Shown: positions 24,469 through 36,624, numbered from the stretch's first letter. The stretch is 64,000 nucleotides of DNA from Nitrospirales bacterium (GCA_965203295.1 CBDBCZ010000018.1:1632001-1696000), one strand, 5' to 3'. Notes: a model not told the origin generated them from the sequence alone. Program-made: numbers and translations.

Positions 24469-26203
24469 TTGCACCGCGACCAAAAATGGATTCCTATTGG
24501 GGTGACAGTGTTTGCAGCTCTCCTCGTATCTATCGAGAGATCAAACTCTCAGACAGGTTTCTCGTATGACAGGCAGGATCTATGGAATTTACCTACAGCA
24601 ATGCGTCAGACTCCAATCGACATAATAACGCGAGATGTACAGAGGAATTCTAGCCTCAAGGAGCTCGAATTTAGCGATGTCTGGACTGCTACTCTTGACG
24701 GGACGTTTTCGAACAATGGTCTAACCCCCCGGTTTGTTGCCTCTACTGGTGGAACGGCTACCGTTCGCAATCACCTTGACCTCCTCAATTTCACCTGCAC
24801 TGGGGACGCGAAAATGACCACGGTACGGGGCATCGCATAAACGGAGAAGAATTCGGACTGGAGTTCCACTTTGTGACCTTATTACAAGGAGAAGGCTCAG
24901 TAAACCTTAGTAACACAAGTCGCGGTGACCTTATTTCTGTCATAAGTGTGCTCGCAGAAGTGGATGACACTGCTGAAATTTTAGGAGTCTGGGAGAAACT
25001 CAACATCTCTGCGATTATCGGGGCTGGAAACAGTACTGCAGTAACTGGATTGAGTTATCCCTCAGTTTTGCCGGAGAATAGCGACTACTACTACTATCCA
25101 GGTTCTCAAAACGAGTCCACCTTGCTGTGAATTTGTACAGTGGTTTGTGTTGCAGAACAGGATCAAAGTGCCAAGACCTTTCTTGGAACAACTGCGAACA
25201 GTTCGGAACTTTAATGATGAGCCTATTACACTTAACAACAGAGATGCCCAGCCTCTCAATGGCCGTATTGTATCCGTTCTTCCCTCCTCATTAGCGCTTG
25301 ATCTTGTCTTTATAAACGACACCCCACAAGTCAACGGCAGTGGTATTTTCCATGCTAAGTTTGCTACCAATACGCCTGGAACTGATATCTTTCTCACATG
25401 TCGTCTGGAAGGCCCTAGTGGCACTATCACGCAGGATTGTAAGCATGCATGCTGTATATATATATTATTACACGAGTGAGCGGGTAGCTGGAGAGGGTCA
25501 CAGGAGCCTGTCAGTCAAGTTTAATGTCTAGTTATACGTGTACATGTAGTCAATTTGATTTCATGAGAACGATTGCAACAAAAGAGCAGATGTTGACTCC
25601 ATTTAGTCTTGTAATGTATTATGTAGTCATTCTTGAGTTAATCCAATACTTTTTTGTAGCCTCATTTTCGAGGCATACAATTTTGAGAGGCACTACCTAT
25701 TTACCTTCTCCTGTGGACAACCAACTTGCAAACATCTGTATATGAAAAGAGTGTTAATTACTTAATTATGTCTTTTATCATGTGTAGTCTTTGGCCTGAC
25801 TGACAGTCACATGAGTTCCATGACATCCCTTGGAGCAAGGTAGAAGTGGAGAAGTCTACATCTTCAGAAACATAAGGTCTGGATCGTCAGCTATACTAAA
25901 CATGTGAGTTCAAATACAGCACTGCACATAGTATGTAGCTTCTACACATAAAAAGGTTTTGACACTAAAAACCTGGGAGTGCATGTGCAGTCCTAATTGG
26001 TCTGTAAATCTAGTTACAAGAGCAACATCAGTTTACTAGACTGTGTAACACACGAATTCATTTTCTGCTGCGAATACAGGTCCTAGTCCAGTAACTTTGA
26101 CAGCCTTAGATCCTGGAACCCATCGCGTTTAAGAATCAAACCAATCGGATGTGGTAGAGCTGGAGAGGGTCACAGTAGCATATCAGTCAAATTTAATGTC
26201 TAG
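24469..26203 (+). pseudogene. Alpha-carbonic anhydrase (probably secreted) with C-terminal extension; frameshifted; exons ~24469-25438 and 26080-26203
   Basis: Signal-like WIPIGVTVFAALLVSI, FSYDRQDLW, RQTPIDI, NNGLT, /fs ~24786/ QFHLHWGRENDHGTGHRINGEEFGLEFHFV (three Zn-ligand His positions), LPENSDYYYYPGS /fs ~25108/ TSPPCCEFVQWFV, NNRDAQPLNGRIV. GTAAGC donor at 25439 and TACAG acceptor at 26079 rebuild a TGT codon. Start codon uncertain. Confidence 0.88.
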
Positions 26204-26670
26204 TTATACCTGTACATGTAGTCAATTTGATTTTATGAGAACGATAGCAACAAAAGAGCAGATGTTGACTCCATTTAGTCTTGTAATGTATTATGTATTC
26301 ATTCTTGAGTTAATCCAATACTTTTTTGGGTGGGGGGGGGGGGGGGGGGGGGGAGGGGGGGTGTTTGTCCAGGGCAATAGGCAAATAGCAGAACATGTGT
26401 AAACTGTTAGCTTTTGATTATGACAGCCTAACCTAGTTAGGAACCTGAGAGTCACTACCCATTTGCCTTCTCTTGTGGACAACCAACTTGCAAACCTCCC
26501 TATATGAATATATTATTGAACTGAGAGTTTTAAGAGTGTTAATTAATAATCATGTCTTTTATCATGTGCAGTCTTGACCTGACTGGCAGTTGCATGAGTT
26601 GGGTGCTCCATGACATCCCTTGGAGCAAGGTAGAAGTGGAGAAGTCTACATCTTCAGAAAAATAAGGTCA
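25484..26670 (+). repeat. Direct repeat of the CA terminal exon end and 3' flank (~25484-25880 and ~26156-26670)
   Basis: agctggagagggtcacag...tcagtcaa.tttaatgtctagttatac...gaagtctacatcttcagaaa occurs twice; duplicated ORF text MSSYTCTCSQFDFMRTIATKEQ. Confidence 0.9.
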
Positions 26671-27243
26671 GAATGTCTTGCAAGCTAGGCTTTGTGGGGC
26701 TCATGCTTCTGGATGTGAGAAATATTCTAATGTGTGAAAGCAGTGAGACCACAGTCAATAGCTATGCTGTTGAAATAAGTATGCCAATGCATTTTCAGTA
26801 CATGTAGAATCATCCAGCCAACTCACTAAACTGGGAGTAGCCAGTTAGGAAGATGGTATTTACTAGCATGACTTTCATTTATGGCTACAAAGAAAAGTTT
26901 GATTGCTGCCAACTGCATGCATTTTGTGGGCATTTATCAATAGAAAGGCCATTAGCCAGATGGTCCCAGCCTGTCTCTGCATGGTATATATATTGTGCTA
27001 AAGGTGAGTAAGGACAATTGTTTGTGGGTACAGTAAATTTATGACATAGAGTGCTACAACTGACTTGAAGCAAGCAAATTAGTTACAGGTAGCTAGGTGC
27101 TGAAGGATGGCTACTGGAGCAATTACGTCCAGTGTACACTTCAAAAAACTGAATTGTTACTGTCACGCTTTGGTTCGAAAAGATAATGTTTTCACTTGTT
27201 ACATACTTATCGCACTTCTTAGTTAGGTTCTGTTTCTGTATTT

Positions 27244-27980
27244 CTACCATCCCTACATCTTTCCAACCACACCCACCACAATCGCATATATATATGTGAG
27301 ATGTGAATAGTTGTAGTATAATTTGGGTAAAGTATAGATTGAGTGTTGTTGAGTGTGTTGTATGGTGGTTGATGTTGTGAGGAATCGCTCTGCTTAGTTT
27401 GTGCTTGTGAATGTGGGATTCGTGGAGTGAAGTGAATTTTATGGGAGTAGCTAGCGTTCCTATGAAGGTTTGGGTTGGCTGTAGTGTGGGGTGCTGTGTT
27501 TTATGATGTAGCTATGTAATGTTTGTGGATAAGGATGTAAGGGTGGTATATATATGATAGTGATGATTGTGGATGGTTGTGTGTGTTGAAGGAAGTATTG
27601 GGTGTGCATGTAAAGTACGGGGGCAAGGTACGGATTGTGGTGGGTGTGGTTGGAAAGATGTAGGGATGGTAGCTACGCATTGAGCTGTGATGTGTGGATT
27701 GTCTGTGCACGCATTGCGATGTGCATTGTTGCTTGTTTCATTGGTTTTTGGGGAAATGTTTTTTGGTGAAAGTCCATCCCTACATTACTTGTTTTTGCAC
27801 TTTTTGGCAAAGTGCTTTTTCTGTAACTTGTTTTGGGCGTTTTTTTGGGAAGTGGTAACAAATGTGTATGTGTATAAATGTGTGCAGTAGATGGTATTGG
27901 AATGGAATGTGTTTGAGGATGTGTGTAGTATAGGTTTCGATTTGTACTCCAGTCAGCATTAGGAAGGCCTTCGCCTGCAT
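27244..27980 (-). mobile_element. Strand-skewed (G+T-rich on +) degenerate retroelement-like relic with a 40-bp perfect inverted repeat
   Basis: 27244-27283 is the exact reverse complement of 27633-27672. The minus-strand peptide GVQIETYTTHILKHIPFQYH is only weakly reminiscent of the Penelope-type RT thumb. Confidence 0.3.
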
Positions 27981-28189
27981 GTGCATGGGGGGGGGGGGGG
28001 GGGGGGGGGTGAGGTCTCTTGTCAAGGTCAGCTATGTAACTGGTACGTGAGGCTGCCCATTTCTTGTCAAGGTCAACACTACTCCTAGCGCAGGAAGTTG
28101 CTCTAGCAGCTGCTTTTATACTTTGTCGGTTTTGAATGTACATTGTTTATTCTGGGCCCTCTTTCATAAATGTATAAACCTTGCTTTCA

Positions 28190-29611
28190 TGCACGATCGA
28201 AGGTAGGCTTTAAATAGACCAACACGTGCTGGCAGGCAGTCATCTTACCATAAAATGGCCTGTAAGTGGCAAGTGTCCACTCGAGAGTGTTCCTTGTTAC
28301 TACTAAACTGATTCGATTTCTTTGACAACGCTATGCCCGAAAGGCACTACCCGAGGGTCAATCATGCCCGTTCGTATTGGAATCTTTTTATCGCTTCACT
28401 CATTATCGTGCTAGTTTGACTGAATTAAGGATTATCTGACTAAGATGAAGATAGACCATTCGGCGGTTTTAACCACTTGCTGCTTTGGTACTTCAAAGAT
28501 GTTCTTAAGCAGTGCTAACAGCCTGGTTAGTGATGACAACGCTCCAAAATAAGTGATACATAGGCTTCATATTAGTCCTAGACTATACCTACAGCAGAGT
28601 ACTAAACATGTCATTTTAATGGGGAGGCCAGGGCCATCCCTACATATGGAATAGTACCGTACTCCATGATGTTGAACTGCAAATTATCACCAAGGACAAT
28701 TATATGTATTGCAGTTTCTAGTGTCACAAAGACAAATAGCTGCCTGCATGCCTCCTCCAGTAGAGTAAGTGAGGGGGTGTCCGGATGGTAGGGGTTGCTC
28801 GGACACCAAGGCTTTTCCGCCTGTGCTCGTATTTAACAGCAAATGTATTTCGTTCGGTGGGCCTTTCTGTCTGCCCTTGTTATGTATTGTGAGCTACTGT
28901 TTCCTTGTGTATGTCCGGACAATTCCATGCACCCTTTGGACACCCCCTTACTTCAGTAGCTAGCTACCCTACTACTAAAATAATACTATCAGCCATGTGA
29001 GTCAGTGTATTGTAGCTAAATTTTCGGGTGACTTACAAAGTGATGAACCAGGAGATGCAGCTCAGGCCCGGACAGCTGGCACGATCAAAGGTAGGCGTTA
29101 AATAGACGAACACGCGACACCCACGCGAAAGGGGCGGTTACTAAATTCCGAAACCGAACGGAACAGAACAGTAGCCATTAAATGGCGTGGAACGGCAAGC
29201 GTCCACTCGAGAGTACTCGTGAATCACTGCTGAACCTGTTCGGTTTCTTTGAAAACGTTATGCTACGAGTGCAATACCCCGGGGAATATCTAGCTTGTTC
29301 GCGCTTGAATTATTGTGATTGCTTCTGCCATTATTGTGCTAGCCTGGCTGAAGAAACAAAGAAGAATTAGTCCATTACGCCCCGCCCCCCCAGTGTAGCG
29401 ACTTGCCGGTCTAGTACTCCAGCGAAGCTTTCCAGAACCGCTAACAGTCTTGTTGCTGATGAAAACACTCGAGATGTCATGGTATGGGTCATAAAAGCCT
29501 ATGACTATAATCAGAGGCGAGTTTTGAACGTATGATTTTGTACGCGTTATATGGGGCCGCCATTTTTTCCTGTGCCATCCCTACATATGGAGTACTACCG
29601 TACTCCATGAT
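28190..29611 (+). repeat. Two diverged direct copies of a ~500 bp element (28190-28670 and 29079-29611) ending in a short hairpin
   Basis: Both start gcacgatc.aaggtaggc.ttaaatagac and end gccatccctacatatgga.ta.taccgtactccatgat. Confidence 0.8.
28763..28952. mobile_element. Small TIR element (MITE)
   Basis: agtaagtgagggggtgtcc...ggacacccccttact; cagtag on both flanks. Confidence 0.6.
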
Positions 29612-29869
29612 AAGCCAATATGAACACGTGTCCAGAGTCCGCATTTGCTCAGCCCCCATCGTATTCTAGTTGTGACTGAATTAAAAATGTGGACTCTATC
29701 GTCAGTAAATAAGAAATGTGATGAATAGAACCGTCCCTAGTTCACATATATTCATTTTTTAGGGGATTTCAATGTAACTGTTGGGTTTAGCAATCGCTTA
29801 ACAGTATAAATCGCGAGAAAGAGACAGACTGAATCAAGTGACAGGTAACAAAGTAAATGCCAGCATACA

Positions 29870-30930
29870 CAGTACCACCGTTGCAGTCTAGTGGGATATA
29901 AACCTTACAGTTGTACATATTCTACAGGTCGTGAAACATTAGTTAGCTCTAAGGGACTCATTTAACTACAGGTGATATGGGGCCATAGAACCAGGTGTAA
30001 TCCTACTCCAATAATTGGAGCTTGCATAGTCTATGAATGTGACATCCAAGCTGGAGTGTGAGACATGTGCCATGCTGGTTGATGCTGTGAAGAATACAGG
30101 AAGGTTGCCAGTAGTTGTAATACACCTGGATACACTGCATGCATTCTTCCCATCAATGCCCTGTTTATTAGCTTGCTGGGTACGTATATAGCTTCTGGTA
30201 ACGTCATGAATTGCCTGCATGACAATAGGAACGAGCATGTCATCAGTGACATTACTCCAATTATTTGAACTTTGAGGTTAGATCATCAAACTGGGTGGTT
30301 TCTTAATAAAAGTATCCTATGTTCTTTATCTATCTGATGGCCCATGGGATTTCTTGAACCACTAAGGCTGAGTAACTAAGACTTATAAGTGAGCAACAAC
30401 AGCCAGAGCAATATACAGATGCTTAAAGTACGATTTTAGCTTTGAGATACACATGTACAGCTAGATTTTCATCATGAAACCATGTTTGTCAGCCTATCTA
30501 GATGTACAGCTTCTGGAAGCCTTCATGAATTCACTATATTCTGCACAGTAAGATCCAGCATGGCACGTGTCACACTACTTCAATAATTGGAGCATGGATG
30601 CCATATGCTTATAGTTGATGCATGTCACATCCAAACTCCACACCCAGATGCTGCATCCATTCTGCACAGTAGAGTAAAACTGTTGCAGTCCAGTGGGGTA
30701 TATAAACCCTTACACGTTAGAAATTCTAGAGGTCATGAAACGTAAGAAACCACAGTGTATTTGTAAGGAACTCATTGATTTGCTGGACCATGAAACCAGG
30801 GATAATTAGCTATAAGTAGAGCTTATCAATGAATATCACATGCATACGCAGTGTACATCCATTGAAGTAAAGTGTTGTGTCACAGTTGTACCTACTGTGG
30901 AGAATACAGGAAGATTGCTAGAAGCTTTCC
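29870..30930. repeat. Degenerate ~0.8 kb-period repeat block, paralogous to 38845-39650 and (inverted) 40080-40165
   Basis: Shared motifs ctccaataattggagc, tatagcttctggtaa, catcagtgacattactccaat, gaatacaggaag and gctgcatccattctg. Confidence 0.7.
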
Positions 30931-30959
30931 AAATCCTCACACCTACGTATATAAAACAA

Positions 30960-31300
30960 AGCCCGCCCTCTCCTAATTATTGAGTACACTAAAATCTTTA
31001 AAATCTTCCACCAACAGATTGTCTAAGTCTTCCATGAAAGTACTTCTAATAGTATCATACACAGGACACTCCCAGAGCACATGTACCATTCTTCCCCACA
31101 TAACTTACACTGCCTATCATCATTTTTACTCCTGATATCTTCATTCAGACCATTAGTACCAGACCTAAACTTAACATCAATCGCGTTCCTGAGTTTAACT
31201 TTACTATGTAAGCCATCATTAAAGTCTTTATATTCTCTGTATCTCAATGCTTCATCTACTCTCTCTAAAAGCAAGGCTACATCATAATCTAGGATCCTTA
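30960..31300 (-). mobile_element. LINE ORF2 C-terminal (zinc-knuckle region) fragment
   Basis: KFRSGTNGLNE...CKLCGEE...WECPVYD across a frameshift. Confidence 0.7.
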
Positions 31301-31380
31301 CCAAAGCTGTAGCACCCTTGGTGTTATGTCTGCAGGACTTGTATACAGTCTGGCCTGTAGTACTGTGTGGAAGAGATATA

Positions 31381-31808
31381 CAGCTGGGTCCCGATTTTTT
31401 CGGGATTTCTTTACTCTCTCAGAAAGCTTTCTTCTCTTGAAGAGTTCACAATGTGAGTACTTAGTTTTCAGTTCTGTGTCTTTGGTGGTTTAATTACCCC
31501 GGTAGACTGATTCAGGCTAAGTTTGGGTGTAGCACGTTTCTCGTGTTTAGATGGGGGAGGGGCCTATAATGAGAGAGTAATTACAGTTGGAATTGGCTGG
31601 GTCCTACTGGCAAGTGCTACTAGCGGGTTTAGTGGCTACATAAAGCTTGCCTACTGCTCCTCTGCCAAGGGGGCTCCAGTAGTTCAATTGGTAAGAGCAT
31701 CTGACTAGTATTCAGAAGGTCCTGGGTTCAATCCCCAGCTGGGTCCCGATTTTTTCGGGATTTCTTTACTCTCTCAGAAAGCTTTCATCTCTTGAAGAGT
31801 TCACAATG
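31381..31808 (+). mobile_element. 355-bp tRNA-containing repeat unit preceded by a direct copy of its own last 73 bp
   Basis: 31381-31453 matches 31736-31808 with one mismatch; a second family member lies at ~41025-41570. Confidence 0.75.
31673..31746 (+). tRNA. tRNA-Thr(AGT)-like sequence, probably repeat-borne or pseudo-tRNA
   Basis: Acceptor gctccag/ctgggtc (one mismatch), A box tagttcaattgg, anticodon arm tctga-ctAGTat-tcaga (AGT at 31707-31709), T arm ctggg-ttcaatc-cccag, followed by a T-run. Confidence 0.65.
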
Positions 31809-31850
31809 GTATTGTTGTGGTTACTGATATCAATGCTAGCTAGCCTTCCA

Positions 31851-32726
31851 TATTACTTGTAGCAACATTGCATATATATGCTGAAAATCATGCATGCAGT
31901 ACTGCTACTGTTCTGTGCAGATAATTATACTTACACTTGTGCTATTATGTGATCACAAAATCTGGTTTGTTTTCTTCATTGAAACTCATCAGTGATAATT
32001 ATGATGAAAATGATGTCACTTGTCATTGTAATCTGATCCCACCCCTTTAATTGGGGTAAGTCATGGCTATATACCCTTACGTCATGCATGTACACAAATT
32101 CTAAATGGAGGTGGTTCCCGAAACATTCTCCAGTTACTATGTTGAGTCCCTTGATAGCAGACGATAGACTCAAAAATGTACGACATGTCAAGTATTGTAG
32201 TCCCAAAACACTACTTCGAGGTCTATACCTAGCCTCGTTCCCAGGCTCTACTGACCAGCTTTTTCCGCACGTAGTAAAATAAGCGGTCAGTAGAGCCCGG
32301 GAACGAGGCTAGTCTATACCTACATTCTCTGACATCTGCAATTCAGGTAGTCAACATATTCTTTGCAGTGAAGAGCTACATTATTTGTCATACACTCATG
32401 CACTTTAAAGTGCCTTTTGTTCAAAGCATGTACTTTCCAGTACTCGATTTTAGGTTGGCCCACTATGGCTCTCAGCCCTTCAAATTATCTCCAGATTACT
32501 TGTAGCAACATTGCATATATATGCTGAAACATGCATGCAGTACTGCTATTGTTCTATGCAAATATATTTACACTAGTGCTATTATGTATTCACAAAATCT
32601 GTTTTGTTTTAAAAACTTATTTCGTTGATAGTCATCAGTGATGTAATGAAAATGATGTCACTTATAGTAATCTGATACCACCCCTTTAATTGGGGTAAGT
32701 CATGGCTATATACCCTCACGTCATGT
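31851..32726 (+). repeat. ~235 bp direct repeat (31851-32086 and 32495-32726) upstream of the membrane-protein gene
   Basis: attacttgtagcaacattgcatatatatgctgaaa...cacccctttaattggggtaagtcatggctatataccct.acgtcatg occurs twice. Confidence 0.85.
32230..32311. mobile_element. TAG...CTA palindromic MITE with perfect 9-bp TSD
   Basis: gtctatacc|tagcctcgttcccaggctctactgacc...ggtcagtagagcccgggaacgaggcta|gtctatacc. Confidence 0.85.
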
Positions 32727-32803
32727 AGAATGTGAGAATATTTTAAAAGGAAAATCAGTTGTCAATCTCATACAATCATAGCATTGCTATTGCAAGAAGT
32801 GGT

Positions 32804-35244
32804 ATGGCTCTCACAACGTTGTTTGCTCTTCTGAGTGTGTTGGTGATAGTTGAAGGAAGTATCACTCAATGGAATACTGGCTACAATGATAATTCACATT
32901 GTTCTGATACTTGGTTCTTCACAAGACAGTTCGACAATGGAAGCACTGCTTGTGAGTGTGGTAGTGATCTTGGAGAAGTAATAAGATGTGATGAAGCTTC
33001 TGGTCAGGTAAATGTATTTGAAATCTACTGTATGAGTTATGACAATGATAACGTATCTCTGGTAGTTGGGAAGTGCTACTTTGGTTCCCGTCATACATTT
33101 CACAATGAAAACTTATCTAAGTGGTATTCTCTGCCATCTGATCCTTCTCTATTAAATCAAAGATGTGATAGTTATGGTCGAACAGGGCAGCTGTGTGGCA
33201 AGTGGGTACGCACCACTAGTGTATTCATACAGTCTCAGTTGTGTAGAGTGTGCAGACTACGGCTATAACTGGATGAAGTATGTGGCAGCTGCATTTTGAC
33301 CACTTACAGTATTCTTTCTTGTGGTGATCATTTTTCGAGTAAGTGTAACTGCAGGACTATTGGATGTTTTTATTTTATTCAGCCAGTTGATAACTTTTTC
33401 TGCTGCAATGCACCCACTTTATTTTAACCGTTGGAAACAACAGGCTGCTACCTTAGCTGTGTTCAGTTTAGTATCAATATATGGCATTTGGAATTTAGAC
33501 TTCTTCCGCCTGCTGTATCCACCATTTTGTATGCACCCTAAGACAACCACACTCCATGTCTTAATTCTAGACTATGCCATAGCTGTCTACCCTCTTGTTC
33601 TAATTGTTACTTATATTTTGGTTGAGCTTCACGATCACAATTTTAGATTAATTGTATGGCTCTGGAAACCTTTTCATCGTTGTTTTGTTAGTTTTAGAAG
33701 AGAGTGGAATATTAAAAGCTCTTTGATAGATGCCTTCTGTACTTTTCTTTTGCTTTCATATTTCAAGTTTCTTAGTGTGTCATTTGATGTTTTGGTTCCT
33801 GTGGTACGCACCACCAGTGTATTCATACAGTCTCAGTTGTGTAGAGTGTGCAGACTACAGCTATAACTGGATGAAGTATGTGGCAGCTGCATTTTGACCA
33901 CTTACAGTATTCTTTCTTGTGGTGATCATTTTTTGAGTAAGTGTAACTGCAGGACTATTGGATGTTTTTATTTTATTCAGCCAGTTGATAACTTTTTCTG
34001 CTGCAATGCACCCACTTTATTTTAACCGTTGGAAACAACAGGCTGCTACCTTAGCTGTGTTCAGTTTAGTATCAATATATGGCATTTGGAATTTAGACTT
34101 CTTCCGCCTGCTGTATCCACCATTTTGTATGCACCCTAAGACAACCACACTCCATGTCTTAATTCTAGACTATGCCATAGCTGTCTACCCTCTTGTTCTA
34201 ATTGTTACTTATATTTTGGTTGAGCTTCACGATCACAATTTTAGATTAATTGTATGGCTCTGGAAACCTTTTCATCGTTGTTTTGTTAGTTTTAGAAGAG
34301 AGTGGAATATTAAAAGCTCTTTGATAGATGCCTTCTGTACTTTTCTTTTGCTTTCATATTTCAAGTTTCTTAGTGTGTCATTTGATGTTTTGGTTCCTGT
34401 GAGTATCTTCAATATTCATGAAGAGAGAAACGAAAAGTATTACCTCCTCTTTGATGGATCAGTGGTCCATACTTTGGCCCAGAACACCTCCCATTTGGCA
34501 TACTGGCACTTGCAGTGCTTCTTGTGTTTAATATCCTTCCTTTGGTGATGTTGTGCCTGTATCCGTGTCGGTGCTTTCAGAGGTGTCCAAATTATTGCAG
34601 AATTCGAGGGGAAATACTTCATATATTTATGGATTCATTTCAGGGTTGCTACAAGAACCGGACAAATAATACTTGTGACTGTCGGTTGTTTTCAGCATTT
34701 AATACGAATTGCTTTGAGTGCAGTATATGGCATGTTTCCAAGTAATAGGTTCATGATACCATGCGCCATTTTCTTATTGCTTGTTTTACTATTTCTACTT
34801 GCTGTACTCCATCCTTATAAGTTCCCTGCTCATAATATTATCATCATATGTCTGCTTTTTATAGTATGCCTATTTGGTGTTTCAAGCACTGCTGATGTTA
34901 TAGCATACAGTACAGATTCTTTTTTTGTACAACACAACATTAGGAAACTAACAGATTACATAACCACAATATTTTCTGTAATTCCACTCTTGTTTTTAAT
35001 TACCCTAATGTTGTATAAATGCTTCAGTCATCGAAGATGCACTAAAATAATCTGTCAAAGGAGCTGTGCTTTAATGCCGTGTGGAGGTTGTAGTGCAGTG
35101 GCTCACTCAGGCTCAGAGGAATCACTGGCAGACAGGATCGTCAATGCAGAGCAGTATACAGCCCTCCTCTCTGAACCGTTCAATGAAAGTGAGGAGTCTG
35201 ATGGTGGTATGCATAGCATTGAGTCAGATACTATCAAATTTTGA
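32804..35244 (+). pseudogene. Intronless signal peptide + Cys-rich ectodomain + multipass membrane protein, disrupted
   Basis: MALTTLFALLSVLVIVEG signal; CECGSDLGEVIRCD and RTGQLCGK; many hydrophobic segments with YGIWNLDFFR, LDYAIAVYP, DSFQGCYKNRT and LHPYK. Several frameshifts, a TGA at ~33297 and a 598-bp internal tandem duplication (33205-33802 / 33803-34400). Confidence 0.85.
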
Positions 35245-36624
35245 TGCTGATATTGTATTTGTGTGGTACTAGGTTAATTGTTGAATTGTACGTACATTTA
35301 CCATTAATTAATGATGTATTTACTTAAAATGAGCATTGAGCCAGACATTGATGATAAAATTGTTTTTGCTGTATTAAAGGGTTGTCAAGTTGTGTTTGAA
35401 TTGTACAATTATATACCAATTGATATTCCCAAATTCAAGTGTGTAATGTACTGCGTAAAATCCCCATTTGAGGGGGTCATTGTTTTGGTCTCTTTTATAT
35501 TTTCCAGACTTAAAATAAGTCAAATTGAGATATTATTTCGCCACATAGCCAAGTATCCTCATGCAAATCTTTGCCGTTGTAAAAAAATCTGTGTTATATT
35601 TATACAATTTGCCTGTTATCCTATTATATTGCTGTAGTTTTCATGTATGTAGTACTCACATACACAAACAGTGGACCATGAGCTTTAAAATACAAGAGTG
35701 GGCAGTAATGAGGATCTTTGAATCAACATTACTTTTCTTGGCCTTGATGCTAGGCTGGAGCGCCCCCTCCCCCAGTTGTACAAGTTAGTCTAGCTAGTTG
35801 GCAGCAATTGGAGTTTCCACAGTAAAACCCAAACTACGAAACAGTAATGAAGCACGCCATATTTGGATCAGGGAAATAATAAGGCAATAAAATGAGATGA
35901 TTGCTGCTGCATGTAGCAGCTATTGTTGTTTTCTCTGCATTTTTCACTCATCCTGTGTAGTTGTTATTGAAACAGCAATTAATAATTCAGTTAAGAATCA
36001 CCAGTCTTGACTACACTTTCGCTAAAATTGGAAATTAGCAGTATATAGTTAGAAGTTTGCTGGGTTACTAACTAGCTATTTTTTTTATTTAAACACCGTA
36101 GTTATCATAGCTCTTATGAATGTGGTAGTGTACTTGGAGGTGCAGTGTTGTGGTGATAATGATATCTATGTCTATGTATGAATGAGGATATTTTGGGTAA
36201 GCACTTATGATTTACCATGCTTTCGTAAGTTGATGCAGTTATATACAGAAGTGTGTTTCAAGCCACTCTGCATTAAGAAATTAAACCATGGCAAATGGTC
36301 AGTATGGAAGAGTAGGGGAGTCACCAAAATTCCATACTGCAAATAGAGATGAAGGTGAATGGTACACATTCGAATTAAGCATGACTCACACCTGAATCCA
36401 ATACAGGCAGGGTTTCCAGAACCGTGCACACACCTATCCTAAAATTACGATTGTTAGTGTAGTGTAAACAACAACACATTTAGTGTACTTCATCACACAA
36501 TTAATTAAATTGCTTTAAAGAAGCTTTACCAAGCAACTATGTATGTTAGGGAAACCAAGGCTGTTTTCCGTCAAATGAGCTTAATAAAAGGAAAATCAGT
36601 TGTCAATCTTTGTGTTGTGGTACC

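Noticed and set aside
27673..28143. 156-aa Pro-rich ORF
   Set aside because: The poly-Pro comes from a poly-G homopolymer in low-complexity sequence.
31673..31746. Functional tRNA-Thr gene
   Set aside because: Acceptor-stem mismatch and shared repeat flanks with a degenerate second copy favour a repeat-borne pseudo-tRNA; not excluded without tRNAscan-SE.
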